Shown here: one piece after another, positions 13,395 through 24,954 of the stretch | Position numbering within the stretch: position 1 is the stretch's first letter | Layout of the letters: each line of letters opens with the position of its first letter | Source: Hemiscyllium ocellatum | Taxonomy: Eukaryota | Assembly: GCF_020745735.1 (NCBI RefSeq) | Contig: NW_026867442.1 | Span: 359,040-423,039 of the forward strand | Length of the DNA stretch: 64,000 nucleotides | Direction of reading: 5' to 3' | Notes under the pieces: generated by a model | Told to the model about the DNA's origin: nothing | Database searches by the model: none | Seen by the model: the letters and a program-made list of their open reading frames with translations, nothing else | Program-made: the position numbers and the translations under genes

Positions 13395-14095
13395 GAGAAG
13401 AACATTTCTACAAAGACTTTGCCAAAAACAGATATTCCCACAACTTCATCCACAGATGCCTGATAGACAAACAACGCGATGAGGGTATGCCACGACCTAA
13501 CCCACTAGCCACGCTACCTTATATAAAAACATCGCAGTATTCCAACCACTCATAAACTGCCCAGAAACTGACAGCCACGCTCAGACAACCCACAAGAACA
13601 AAAGGCCCAATACCCACCATGTGAAAGACAGATGTAATTTACAAGAATCCATGCAACGTTTGCACGAAACACCTCGGACAAACAGACAGATAACTAGCCA
13701 TCCACATCCATGAACACCAACGAACCACTAAACCCCATGAGCAGCTGTCCTGAGTAGCTATACACACAGATGACAAGAACCACAAATTTGATTGGGCCAA
13801 CACTATGATCATAGGACAAGCTCAACAGAGGACAGCCAGAGAATTTATATAGGCAATGCACTTATCCATGGGATCCATCAATAAACAGATTGACCTAGAC
13901 CCAGTATACTGACCACTGCAATGAATATCCGGAACCAATAACTAGAAACAGCAGGAATGGAACCAAATAAATTCCAGAAGACACAGCACAACAGCACTTC
14001 ACAGGAAGCTCCAAAGCTCTGAAGATTTCACCGAGACAGGGGACAAAATGTCTACAAATCAACTTCCCAGCTCGTGGGCATACCCACAACTACAG
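13395..14095 (+). mobile_element. Decayed Penelope-like element 3' fragment (same family as 47900-49290)
   Basis: Homologous by eye to the endonuclease/3' region of the 48-kb element (ctcagacaac.cacaagaac, gacctagacccagtatac, tail gggca.acccacaactac); degraded. Confidence 0.7.
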
Positions 14096-15049
14096 CAAGA
14101 GTGAGACATTTTCCTGTCCTACAGTGCTCCCCAAATCCTTACCTACCCTCCTCATTGTCATACCCTCCTGCCCCTTAATACACATGGAATTGGACTGCCT
14201 GGTCCTGAGGCTTATAACATCTTTCTGGAACAAAGTCTCCAGGTATCTCTGCACCTCCCTGATGTGTCACCAATACTTTCAACTTAGCCTCCAGTCCAAA
14301 CACCCTGTGTGGGAGTTGTTGTAGATTTATACATTCACTGCAGATGTATTTAATCTGAGTCACTTTAACTCAATAAAGAAATGTTGATCTCATTTACAAA
14401 TGAAAGATACCCATTCCTCTATTAAACCAGTAATTGTCTTCAGTATCTGAATTAAAGTTTTCGTGCTTTCCATTTATTGACCTTCCCGAATGGGGGTGTC
14501 CCGAAGCAGTACAAGATGACATGAGGATATAGACGGGCTGGGAGGGTCAGATGGGCTCATCAGTAACAAGCGGAATTCATTCAGATAAATGTGAGTCAGT
14601 GGACTGAGCTCTCCCTGACCATGCGAGTGAGGTGAGGGCAGAGTGACAGCACTTGACACCAAGGCCTCTTTGATGGTGTGTGGCATCAAGGAGCCCGAGC
14701 AATGCAGCAGCTTTTCACCCGCTGTTCTAGGAAAGGGATCAACATCGGGATCCCTCCGAGCAACTCCTGGGGGTTCTGTCATCGCAGAGGGACATGTCCT
14801 CCTCCTCAGTTCCCACAAACAGCAGCAAGTCAGCCACACACTGTCCAAACTGTTTGGGGGAACTGACCTGAACTCTCACAGCCCTGTGCCATGCTCTGCT
14901 GGAAGATGGAGGGACTATTGGAGAGCCCTTGGCACAGACAGCTCCATCAATATTGTTGGTCTTTAAACGTGAAGTAGAACTTTTCCTGGTCCTCAGCCCT
15001 CCCTGTCCCGATATGGACCAGAATACGTTCAAAATGACCAACTGTGTAA

Positions 15050-15567
15050 AGACCCACTGCCAGTAAAGTTTTCAATATCTTTGAAAGGTTATGCTTGTTA
15101 TTACAGCTCAACACTGTCCCCAACAAACAGTCTCCTGGACAGGGACAGAATAGGGTTAGATCCAGCGTAAAACTCTTTCCATACTGTTCCCACCAAAGAC
15201 ACCCAGGACAAAGGACAGGATAAGAAACAGAATAAAGCTGTCTCCATATTGTCCTCGTCAAACACTCCAGGACAGGGACAGCACTGTTTGGGTACAGAGT
15301 GAAGCTCTCTCTACAGTGTCACAGGAACCTGCCTTAACCCCTGAACCTCAGAGTCTCCCAGAGGCCAGTCTCAAGAAGGAAGAGAGTTGAAATTCAGTGC
15401 TGACAATGACCTTTGTCCTGTCAGCTCAGCCCTGTTCTATTTAAAGTTGTATCTCCTCTGTAGACTGTCTCACACACTCTACACACATTCTGATCTCCTG
15501 ATGCTCTTGCTGAGGGGAGAGGGGAGTGTCACATGGGTGAGGACACAGGAGAAGTGAGCGTTGGACT
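15050..15567 (-). pseudogene. IGKC: Inverted, 5'-truncated Ig kappa constant exon remnant plus 3' UTR
   Basis: 15479-15567 is the reverse complement of 3262-3350 (85/89 identical by eye; SNAHFSCVLTHVTLPSPLSKSIRRSECV*). 3' UTR homology continues leftward. The first two-thirds of the exon and its acceptor are absent. Confidence 0.88.
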
Positions 15568-16049
15568 GGCAGAAATATCAGTTTGAATATTTGTATCGGA
15601 TACCTCACAAACCCGATGCTTTTTAAATTCCTTTTTGATTGTGGACATTGAAGTCCCCCACCCAGAGTACATTCTGTGCCCTCACTGCCCTCAGAGCTTC
15701 CACTAAGTGCTGTTCAACATGGAGGAGAGACTGACTCATCAGCCGAGGGAGGACAGTACATGGTCATAAGCCAGAGGTTTCACAGAATCAGAGAATCATA
15801 CAGTGTAGAAGAGGTCCCTCATCTGATCATGTCTGTTCCACCAAGGCAAAACTAAATCTACTCTCCATCCACTTTCCAGAACTGGGCCCAAGGTATTGAA
15901 TGTTCGGATATTTCAGGCGCTCATCCAGGCATTTTTTAGAAAGGTATATTTTATGGGGATCTGCTCTGCTCTTCTCATAGTGTCATGGCATCTTCTACTG
16001 CCCCCTGAGAGGGCAGACATCAGAACATCCCATCTGAAAGATAATCTCT

Positions 16050-16370
16050 TAGCACTGAACCTCTGACAGTGTTGCACTCCCTCAATATTGACACATCAGC
16101 AGTGCAGCACTCCCTCAGCATGAACTATCTGATAGTGTGGCACTCCCACGGTATTGACTTTCTGACAGTGTGGCATTCCCTCAGTACTCACCCTCTGACA
16201 GTACTGCACTCCCTCAGTGCTGACCCATCATTAGTGCAACACTTCATCAGTACTGACCCTCCAATAGTGTTGCACTCCCTCAGTGCTGACTTTCTGACAG
16301 TGCAGCATTCCCTCAGTACTGACCCTCTGACAGTGCTGCACTCCCTCAGTGCTGCACTGCACTCTCAGTC
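16050..16370. repeat. 33-bp minisatellite (about 9 degenerate units)
   Basis: Tandem units resembling cactccctcagtactgaccctctgacagtgctg with no unique spacers. Confidence 0.85.
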
Positions 16371-18280
16371 TGGATAATTTGCTTCAGTGATAGAATCATG
16401 TAATGATGGAATCTGTACAATGTTGAAGCAGGCCATTCACCCCAATGAGTTCACACCAATCCTCCGAAGAGCATCCCACCCAGATCCAAACCACTGCACT
16501 ATCCTGTAACCCTGCATTTCCCAATGGCTCATCCACCCAGTCTGCTACATTGTGAGTGTGAGGGGAGAGTGCTCCCCACTGAGACCAGGCTGACACCTCC
16601 TGGTCCAATGGCCTGCCTTGTTTCCCCATCCCAGCCCACACTTGGAGGAATGAGACCACCTGGGGAGGCTGGAGATGTTTCCCAGCCAGAGATAGTGCCT
16701 TCAGGAGAGAGATGGAGAGCAGATGTTAGAGGCAGGGAGCAGTGGGGACTGTTGTCTTGAGGTGGGGTGTAGGACACATTGAAGCAGGCGATGGCCGGTG
16801 CTGAACGCTTTCCCCAGAAGGAGTTTGTAAGTTGATCGGTGAAAGTGGGGGGGGATCTCTTGCTGCCTGCTCAGTCACGTCTGAGAGACACACAGACACA
16901 TCAGGCACACAGGAGGCAGCTTTCTGTGGATGTTCTCCTGGGGCAGGTCTCATCAATCATGGAGCTATGGTCAGTAACAGTGTAAGCTGTGCGGCCCTGA
17001 AAGCCTGAGTCTGCAACTCAGCTCAGAAGGACATCAGCTCATTCGTCAAACCTGGTTCAGCCCCTGCGCAGCCTTTTCACCACTCTCAGGTTTTCCCTTG
17101 TGCCACAGATCATTCTCCTGAGGGACAGTTGTACTCAGGCCCAGCGGAGTGGACTCGATGGGTTGAATGGCCTTACTTCCACTCCTATGTCTTATGATCT
17201 TGTCACTCTGTCAGATCCTCTTCAAGAAGCTCATGGCTAACCATCGCCCTCTCCAGGATAGTTAGGGAAGGACAATAAATAGCAGACACGTCAATGCTCT
17301 CCCCATCCCAGGAGTAATCAAAATAACTGATGGACAATTCAAACAATCAAACTGATGGAAGGTGGTTAACTCAGTCCAGTGATTAAACTTCACCTGGTAA
17401 TTCCTGTATTAAGTTCAAGATGAAACTATCCTGGTCTCTGCTGAATTTAGATCAATTTTCATTGTTAACTTAATACATTTCCATCTTCATTCTTTCTCTC
17501 CAAACTGATCCTAATTTGAATGTTGCAAAAAACAAAACATTTTGTTGAAGCTTTTTGTCTTGCATACATCAGGACAATTTACAAGAAATGTCACAGCAAA
17601 GGGAAACAATATTTAAACTGGCGTGTTCATAGTGACAACACCTCAGTCTGTCAGCACTTTCCTCATATGCAATATCAATGTCAGGTTTTTCTCCTTTGAT
17701 TGGTACTTTTACAATTATCCTGATGAGTGTAAAATGAAAAGCTTCCAAACACTGGGCATTTTTCAGGCCAGTTCAATATTCTCAAATGACTATTTGATCC
17801 TAATTTGCTCTTTTGCTTCAGACCTGTTCAAATTCCAAGAAGTAATTCTGTCCCATTTTGAATGGAGGACCCAGTTTACCAGCACTCACTAAATTCCAAT
17901 CTCGGCATCAAAATATTTTTCCTGATCTCCTTCCTGTACTTGGTGTATGACCAGAGAATGTGTCATTTTGCCTTTCTGTCTGTCAGTATTGACAGTAAAT
18001 TTACATTTACTGTGTCAATTTCATAATGAAGTTTTGTTATCAAAATACCCTCCCACCCCCCTTGAGATCCTGTTCTGGCATTTCCTTGTAACCTCGATCT
18101 CCTATCCCTGTCCATTCTGCATTGCCCCTCAATGAAGGCCATAACTATCCACCATATTCCAGATGTGACCTAACCATTCTTCAGTCCAGCTGTCCTGACC
18201 ACTCTCCCCTCCATCTCCTCACTCTCAATATTCATTCCAAAGTCCCATTGGCCTTTCCCATGTCTGTTCTTATCAGGACA

Positions 18281-18452
18281 GATTAGATTAGATTAGATTA
18301 GATTGCTTACAGTGTGGAAACAGGCCCTTCGGCCCAACAAGTCCACACCGACCCGCCGAAGCGCAACCCACCCATACCCCTACATTTACCCCTTACCTAA
18401 CACTACGGGCAATTTAGCATGGCCAATTCACCTGACCTGCACATCTTTGGAC
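18281..18452 (-). mobile_element. 3' half of HE1-type SINE with (gatta)n tail
   Basis: gattagattagattagattagatt tail, cagtgtggaaacaggcccttcggcccaac CR1-like end and gcaatttagcatggccaattcacc V-domain end. Confidence 0.8.
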
Positions 18453-18615
18453 AGGTGTCGAGTTGTGAGTCATCAGAGCTAGTGGAGAGATCATCGCTGG
18501 ATCGTGATCGTGATTGGACATTAGAGGATTGTTTGGTTGTGCTGACCTGCTCTTGGTGGATCTTCATGCTGGCTTTGGCCTAACGCCAATTCAGGGACCA
18601 GCCAACCTTGGAGCC

Positions 18616-20006
18616 ATGGCCTCAGCAGCCACTCACAGCCCTGGACAGGAGGTTCGAAACACAGTCAGGGTGACTGTGAAGAAGGTGGAGGAGCACACAC
18701 TGGTCGATCGGAGAGTGTTTGTGAAGAAAGTGTTGGTGTGGGTTTTGAGTAGTGTGTACTGCCTGCAGGATTTCCCTGGGGCTGGCTACTTTGATGTGGC
18801 CTTCAGGAGTGTGAAGCATTGTGAGCAGCTCCTGAAAGCCTTCAAAGAGAAGGAAGGGGAAACTTTTTTTTCCACCTTGTTGGTAGTCCTGTTCTATATG
18901 TTCTTTCTGTGCAGAGGAGTTGGGTTGTTACAATCCAAATGTACAACCCTTATGTCCCAGCGGCAGATGTTCTCACCTTCTTGAAAAGATATGTCCAGGT
19001 CGAAGGAGAGAGCATCGATGTGGTTGATCCTTTTGGGATCTGGGCCAGCAAAAGACAGGTCAAGGTAACCCTGAGGGTTGATGCCAGCGGGAACATCCTC
19101 CACTCACCCTCCAGCTTCGCCATCGGAGGAAACAGAGGTTACCTGACGTACGTAGGGCAGCCGAAGGTGTGCCGAACCTACGGGAGGTCAGGCCACATGG
19201 CGGCCGACTGTAAGGTGACCGTATGCCAAAACTGCAAACAGGAAGGCCACCCGACCAAGGATTGTAAGGAGGCCAAGAATTGTAACCTGTGCGGAGAGGC
19301 GGACCACATGTATAAGGCCTGCCCAAGACGAGGATCCGCCAACTACGCACAGATGGTCGGAGGCACCCAGAAGGAAGGGCAGGCGTTAGCGGAGTAGACG
19401 GCAGACAGCGGGGAGGTGCAGCAGCCGATCCAAGCTCCTTCAAGGCAGATGGAGGAAATGGAAGAGGAGGAATCAAAGGAGGCAGAGGACTGGATCACAG
19501 TCAAAAACAGGAAGAGAAAACCTCTCGGGGGCCCCAAAGCCACCCAGCGAAGGGGGAAGCGACACCTACAAGTCGAAGACGCAGGCAGCTCTTCCGATGG
19601 TGAGGACGGGTGTAAGAAGGGTCATCATCAGAGGAAGAGACAGAGCGCCGTGGGGAGAAAGGAGGGCAGCACCGCCCAAGAAGGAAAGGACGATCCCTCC
19701 GAGGGGACGGGTAAAAGCCTCCCCCTACCCGGTGAGAACCAGGAGGTACCCACCGGCCCACAGCTCCAGGTATCTGGGAGGAGCGGTCCTATGACAGCCC
19801 TGCCGTCAGACGGAGAACTGGTCAGTGCGGACCACGGGCCCGACACGAAGACAACAGAGTGGGGTAATGGCCCCAGCGCGGATCCGGACAGCCACCTCAG
19901 CCCTGGGAAGGTCCAACAGTTTGCCGCCACCACGGGGATGCACACAGCTACCCCAGAGGGGCAAGACCAGCAGCAAATGGACACCGGTAAACCTGTAAAC
20001 TGTTAA
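18616..20006 (+). pseudogene. Tx1 ORF1 (gag-like nucleic-acid-binding protein), disrupted
   Basis: ATG at 18616; knuckles CRTYGRSGHMAADC (second Cys lost), CQNCKQEGHPTKDC and CNLCGEADHMYKAC; frameshift near 18900 and in-frame TAG at 19395-19397. Confidence 0.85.
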
Positions 20007-20007
20007 A

Positions 20008-23000
20008 ATGGGGTTTAAAATTGCCAGCATCAACGTGCGTAGCATCAAATCGGCTACGCGATGCGCTTCTACGCTGGCCTTCCTGGCCAGCGTCAAAGCC
20101 AATGTCCTCTTTCTGCAGGAGTGTGGGATACCACACCTCAGCAGTTACAGGAGGTGGTCAAGCATGTGGGCCCATGGGCCATCAGTTTGGTCGGGGGCAA
20201 CGATAACCGCTCTTCAGGCCTAGGAATCCTGTTGTGGGGAGGCAACTTCACCATCTCCGAGGTTAAGGAGGTTGTGGGCAGGCGCCTCCTCGTCACGGAT
20301 GTTAAATACAGAAACGCTCCCGTAAGACTAATCAACATGTATACCCCAGTGGGTAAGAGTGAACGGTTGGCCGTCCTGCAGCAGCTTCCACTGTTACTGA
20401 CTATGTCCAGGCCGGTCATTCTGGCCGGAGACTTCAACTGTATCGTTGATGCAGATGGATGATCCGGCGGGGGGGACAGTAAACTGGACGCCACGTCCAG
20501 AGCCCTGATGGACACGGTAAAAGATGAAAAGCTGCACAACGTCTTCAGCACCCCTGCAGATGGAGCGCAGCGTAGATACACCAGGTCACGAGCAGACGGG
20601 TCTATCCGCTCAAGGATAGATGACCTGTTTGTGTCCCGAACGCTCTCGGTCAGAACCAACGACGTCAAGCCGGTGTTCCTCTCTGAGCACTGCCTCCTGC
20701 TGGCTGACTGTCACCTACAGGACGAGCAGCGGGTGGGCAAGGGAACGTGGAAGCTGAACACAAAGCTATTGACCCTGGAAAACATTGAGGAGCTGAAGAG
20801 GAACTATGCAGGTTGGAGAACCGCGAAGCCCCTCTTTGAGTCTCCAGCATACTGGTGGGAAACAGTAAAAGGGAACATCAAGAGGTTCTTCATCCTCAAA
20901 GGTGTTCAGGAGGTGAGACAGAGGCAGGGAAAACTGTCCCACTCCAGAAAAGTATGCAGAACCTGCTCCTGCTGCAGACGTTGGGGGTCGATGTCACGGA
21001 GGACCTCAAGGAGGTGAAGGGCCAGCAAGCCTCGCTCTTTGCCTCGGAGGCTTCCAAGATAAGCTTCCGGTCCAGGGTCCGCTTGGTGAAGCAGGACGAG
21101 ATGTGCTCACGTTTCTTCTTCCAGAAGGTGCACAAAGACAGCTCTGTGCTCAGCAGCCTGAAGGAAGAAGATGGCTCGGTAACGTCATCACAGGCTGACG
21201 TCATGAGGATCAGCAAATCCTTCTATGCTAGTCTGTATGATGCGAAGCCAACCGACAGCGTGGCCTCCCAGTCGTTCCTGTCCTCTATCACGGAGGTCCT
21301 AGATGACGGAACACAAGAGAGGCTGGACCAGCCGCTATCTCTGGATGAGCTGACCAGGGCCCTCGAGTCCTTCGAAAAGAATAAAACTCCCGGAAGCGAC
21401 GGCTTACCGGTCGAGATCTATTCCGCTCTGTGGGACTTTATTGGCTGGCACCTGCTGGAGGTGTATGTCAGTATGCTTCGGGCAGGTACCATGAGTGAAT
21501 CCATGAGGAAAGGCATCATCACCCTCATCTACAAGCAGAAGGGGGAGAGGGACGAAATTAGAAATTGAAGACCGATCTCACTGTTAAACACAGACTGCAA
21601 AATCTTGTCAAAGGTCATCGCCAACCAGGTCAAGTCTGTTCTGGGAGCGATGATCCACACTGACCAACCTGTGCTGTACTGGGCAGGAAGATCTCTGAGA
21701 TTCTTGCACTCCTCAGGGATACGCTCGCCTACGTGCAGGCCAGGGGGGTGGACACCTGCCTCATCAGCCTGGACCAGGAGAAAGCTTTTGACCGGATATC
21801 GCGTACATATATGACGGATGTCCTCTCCAAAATGGGCTTTGGGAGGGAATCGGAAATTGGATCAGACTGCTCTACACCAACATTGTCAGTGCAGTCTCAA
21901 TCAGTGGGTAGGAATCAAATAGCTTCCCAGTTAGATCTGGAGTCAGGCAGGGCTGCCCACTCTCTCCTGCCTTGTTTGTGTGTTGCATAGAGCCATTTGC
22001 CAAATCCATCAGGAAGGATGCGAGCCTGAGAGGGGTGACTATTCCTGGCAGCGGGGGACTACAGGTTAAGGCCTCCCTGTACATGGATGACGGCGCCGTT
22101 TTCTGCTCGGATCCGCTGTCCGTGCACAGACTCCTGTGCATCTGTGACCAGTTTGAACGGGCCTCAGGGGCCAAGGTAAACCGAGGCAAGAGCAAGGCCA
22201 TGCTCTTCGGGAACTGGACTGACCAGTCCTATATCCCCTTCACCATCAGGACTGACCACCTGAAGGTGCTGGGTATTTGGTTCGGGGGTGCTGGGGCGTG
22301 CGCCAAGACCTGGGATGAGTGGATCAGGAAGATGAGACAGAAACTAGGCAGATGGGAGCAATGGTCGCTCTCCATCGCGGGGAAAAACTGGTCATCAGGT
22401 GTGAGGTACTCTCAGTATTGTTATATGTGGCACAGGTCTGGCCTATCCCCAGAACCTGTGCTGCCGCAGTCACCCGGGCCATCTTCCACTTCATGTGGAG
22501 ATCAAAGATGGACCGGGTCCGACGAGACACTATGTACAAAGACTGGTGCAATGGGGGACAAAACACTCCCAATGCCACCCTCGCCCTGATGGCCACCTTT
22601 GTGTGTGGCTGCATCAAGCTGTGCGTGGATCCCCAGTACGCAAACACCAAGTGTCACTATGTACTGAGGTTCTACCTGTCCTCGGTGTTGCGAAGGATGG
22701 GCCTGGCCTCGCTGCCGCGGAACGCTCCGAGTAGTTGGACCGTTCCATACCACCTGTCCTTCGTGGAGAAAATTTTGAAGAAAAACACCTTTGACCACAA
22801 GTCCATCAGGAAGTGGTCAGCACGTAGCGTCCTTGAGATCCTTCGGGAAAAGGAGAGGGCAGATCCTGTTGAGTGGTTCCCTGAGCAGACTGTCAAAGCC
22901 GTTTGGCAAAATGCCTCATCGCCAGAACTTTCCAACAAGCACCAAGACATGGCTTGGCTGGTGGTGAGAAGGGCTCTGCCTGTGAGGTCATTCATGCACG

Positions 23001-23411
23001 CTCGGACTCTCAGCTACACCGCACGCTGCCCTCGAAGCGGCTGTGGTGGGGACGAGACTGTCACACACCTCCTTCTGGAATGTGCCTATGCAGAGGAAGT
23101 CTGGAGAGGAATGCAGTGGTATTTGTCGAGGTTCGTCCTGAGCAGCGCCGTGACGCGGGACTCCGTGCTCTATGGGCTGTTCCCAGGAACGCACACCGAG
23201 ACGAACATCAACTGTGCCTGGACGATCATCAACTCGGTGAAGGACGCTCTCTGGGCGGTCCGAAACCTGTTGATCTTCCAGCTGAAGGAGTTGACCCCGA
23301 CTGAGTGTTGCAGACTAGCACATTCCAAGGTCCAGGACTATGTGTTGAGGGACGCGCTGAAGCTTGGGGCAGCTGCCGCCAAGGTGCGGGTGGGGAAAGA
23401 CCACCGTTTAA
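20008..23411 (+). pseudogene. Tx1 ORF2 (APE endonuclease + reverse transcriptase), disrupted
   Basis: MGFKIASINV start, LQE, ILAGDFN, SRID and SEH (for SDH) endonuclease motifs; KTPGSDG, LISLDQEKAFD, GVRQGCP and LYMDD RT motifs; CPRSGC...THLLLEC finger. Several frameshifts and stops. Confidence 0.9.
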
Positions 23412-23790
23412 CATCTGCCTGTCTAAAGAAGAACAGGGGGCCCATGCAGTCAATTGGGCTCTGCTGAGTCCTCAGCTCAATATATGGGCATATGAGTGAG
23501 AAATGCACAGACCTGTATACAATAACGATAATTTTGAGCAGTGTATGTAAATGTTGACATATGTATGGCATTACCAAATGTACAGTTCATCAAATTATTT
23601 TATGAATATTTTACAAATAAAGTATAATTTTGAAATAAAAAAAAAGATGTGTACTGCCTGCAGGATTTTCCTGGTGCAGGTTACTTTGATGTGACCTTCA
23701 GAAGTGTGAAGCAGTGCGAACAGCTCCTGAAGGTCTTCAAGGAGAAGGAGGGGGAGGCACTATTCTCCATCTTGTCGGCGATCCCATTGC

Positions 23791-24940
23791 GTAAAAAATG
23801 AGGTCTGCAGATGCTGGAGATCACAGCTGCAAATGTGTTGCTGGTCAAAGCACAGCAGGTTAGGCAGCATCTCAGGAATAGAGAATTCGACGTTTCGAGC
23901 ATAAGCCCTTCATCAGGAATAAGAGAGAGAGCCAAGCAGGCTGAGATAAAAGGTAGGGAGGAGGGACTAGGGGGAGGGGCGATGGAGGTGGGATAGGTGG
24001 AAGGAGGTCAAGGTGAGGGTGATAGGCCGGAGTGGGGTGGGGGGCGGAGAGGTCAGGAAGAGGATTGCAGGTTAGGAGGGCGGTGCTGAGTTGAGGGAAC
24101 TGACTGAGACAAGGTGGGGGGAGGGGAAATGAGGAAGCTGGAGAAATCTGAATCCACCCCACCAACCTGCGCATACAACGTATTATCCGCCGCCATTTCC
24201 GCCACCTCCAAACGGACCCCACCACCAAGGATATATTTCCCTCCCCTCCCCTATCAGCGTTCCGCAAGGACCACTCCCTTCGTGACTCCCTTGTCAGATC
24301 CACACCCCCCACCAACCAACCTCCACCCCCGGCACCTTCCCCTGCAACCGCAGGAAATGTAAAACTTGCGCCCACACCTCCACACTCACTTCCCTCCAAG
24401 GCCCCAAGGGATCCTTCCATATCCGCCACAAGTTCACCTGTACCTCCACACACATCATCTATTGCATCCGCTGCACCCGATGTGGCCTCCTCTATATTGG
24501 TGAGACAGGCCGCTTACTTGCGGAACGCTTCAGAGAACACCTCTGGGCCGCCCGAACCAACCAACCCAATCACCCCGTGGCTCAACACTTTAACTCCCCC
24601 TCCCACTCCACCGAGGACATGCAGGTCCTTGGACTCCTCCACCGGCAGAACACAACTACACGACGGCTGGAGGAGGAGCGCCTCATCTTCCGCCTGGGAA
24701 CCCTCCAACCACAAGGTATGAATTCAGATTTCTCCAGCTTCCTCATTTCCCCTCCCCCCACCTTGTCTCAGTCGGTTCCCTCAACTCAGCACCGCCCTCC
24801 TAACCTGCAATCCTCTTCCTGACCTCTCCGCCCCCACCCCACTCCGGCCTATCACCCTCACCTTGACCTCCTTCCACCTATCCCACCTCCATCGCCCCTC
24901 CCCCTAGTCCCTCCTCCCTACCTTTTATCTCAGCCTGCTT
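23791..24940 (+). mobile_element. Young 5'-truncated Penelope-like insertion with inverted pLTR
   Basis: 14-bp TSD ggcgatcccattgc (23777-23790 and 24941-24954); GIY-YIG motif IIYCIRCTRCGLLYIGETG at about 24450-24510; about 23933-24152 is a near-perfect inverted copy of about 24721-24940. Confidence 0.9.
23885..23920 (-). ncRNA. Minimal type I hammerhead ribozyme motif (PLE-associated)
   Basis: Minus strand attc-CTGATGA-a-gggc-ttat-gctc-GAAAC-GTC/gaat: conserved core, stem II, palindromic ACGT stem III, GUC cleavage triplet and 4-bp stem I. Activity untested. Confidence 0.65.
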
Positions 24941-24954
24941 GGCGATCCCATTGC

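Larger units (their letters stand above)
18455..23646 (+). mobile_element. Near full-length Tx1/L1-clade non-LTR retrotransposon, inactivated
   Basis: 5' UTR, ORF1 with three zinc knuckles, ORF2 with APE endonuclease, RT and C-terminal Cys/His finger, then 3' UTR, AATAAA (about 23616) and A-tail. Confidence 0.92.

Noticed and set aside
14530-14970. Overlapping 100-124-aa ORFs on both strands
   Set aside because: No recognisable domain or splice framework; probably an old repeat or chance ORFs.
16050-16370. 33-bp repeat array as CRISPR-like or as a 102-aa repeat protein
   Set aside because: Units are contiguous with no unique spacers, the context is eukaryotic, and there are no splice signals or homology; a simple minisatellite.
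16990-17080. Plus-strand CNSAQKDISSFVKPGSAP resembling V-kappa CDR1/FR2
   Set aside because: Lacks the invariant Trp and WYQQ, is preceded by a stop, and has no FR3/YYC or RSS; likely chance.
18200-18460. Sequence-specific Tx1 target (U2 snRNA, tRNA, 5S rRNA)
   Set aside because: No such target sequence is recognisable at either flank; the left flank is a SINE fragment and the right flank is unique sequence.
19060-23577. Numerous minus-strand ORFs over the Tx1 element
   Set aside because: Antisense shadows of GC-rich ORF1/ORF2 coding sequence.
23940-24940. G-rich/C-rich tracts as a dedicated G-quadruplex regulatory element
   Set aside because: Fully explained as the two inverted copies of the Penelope 3' region.
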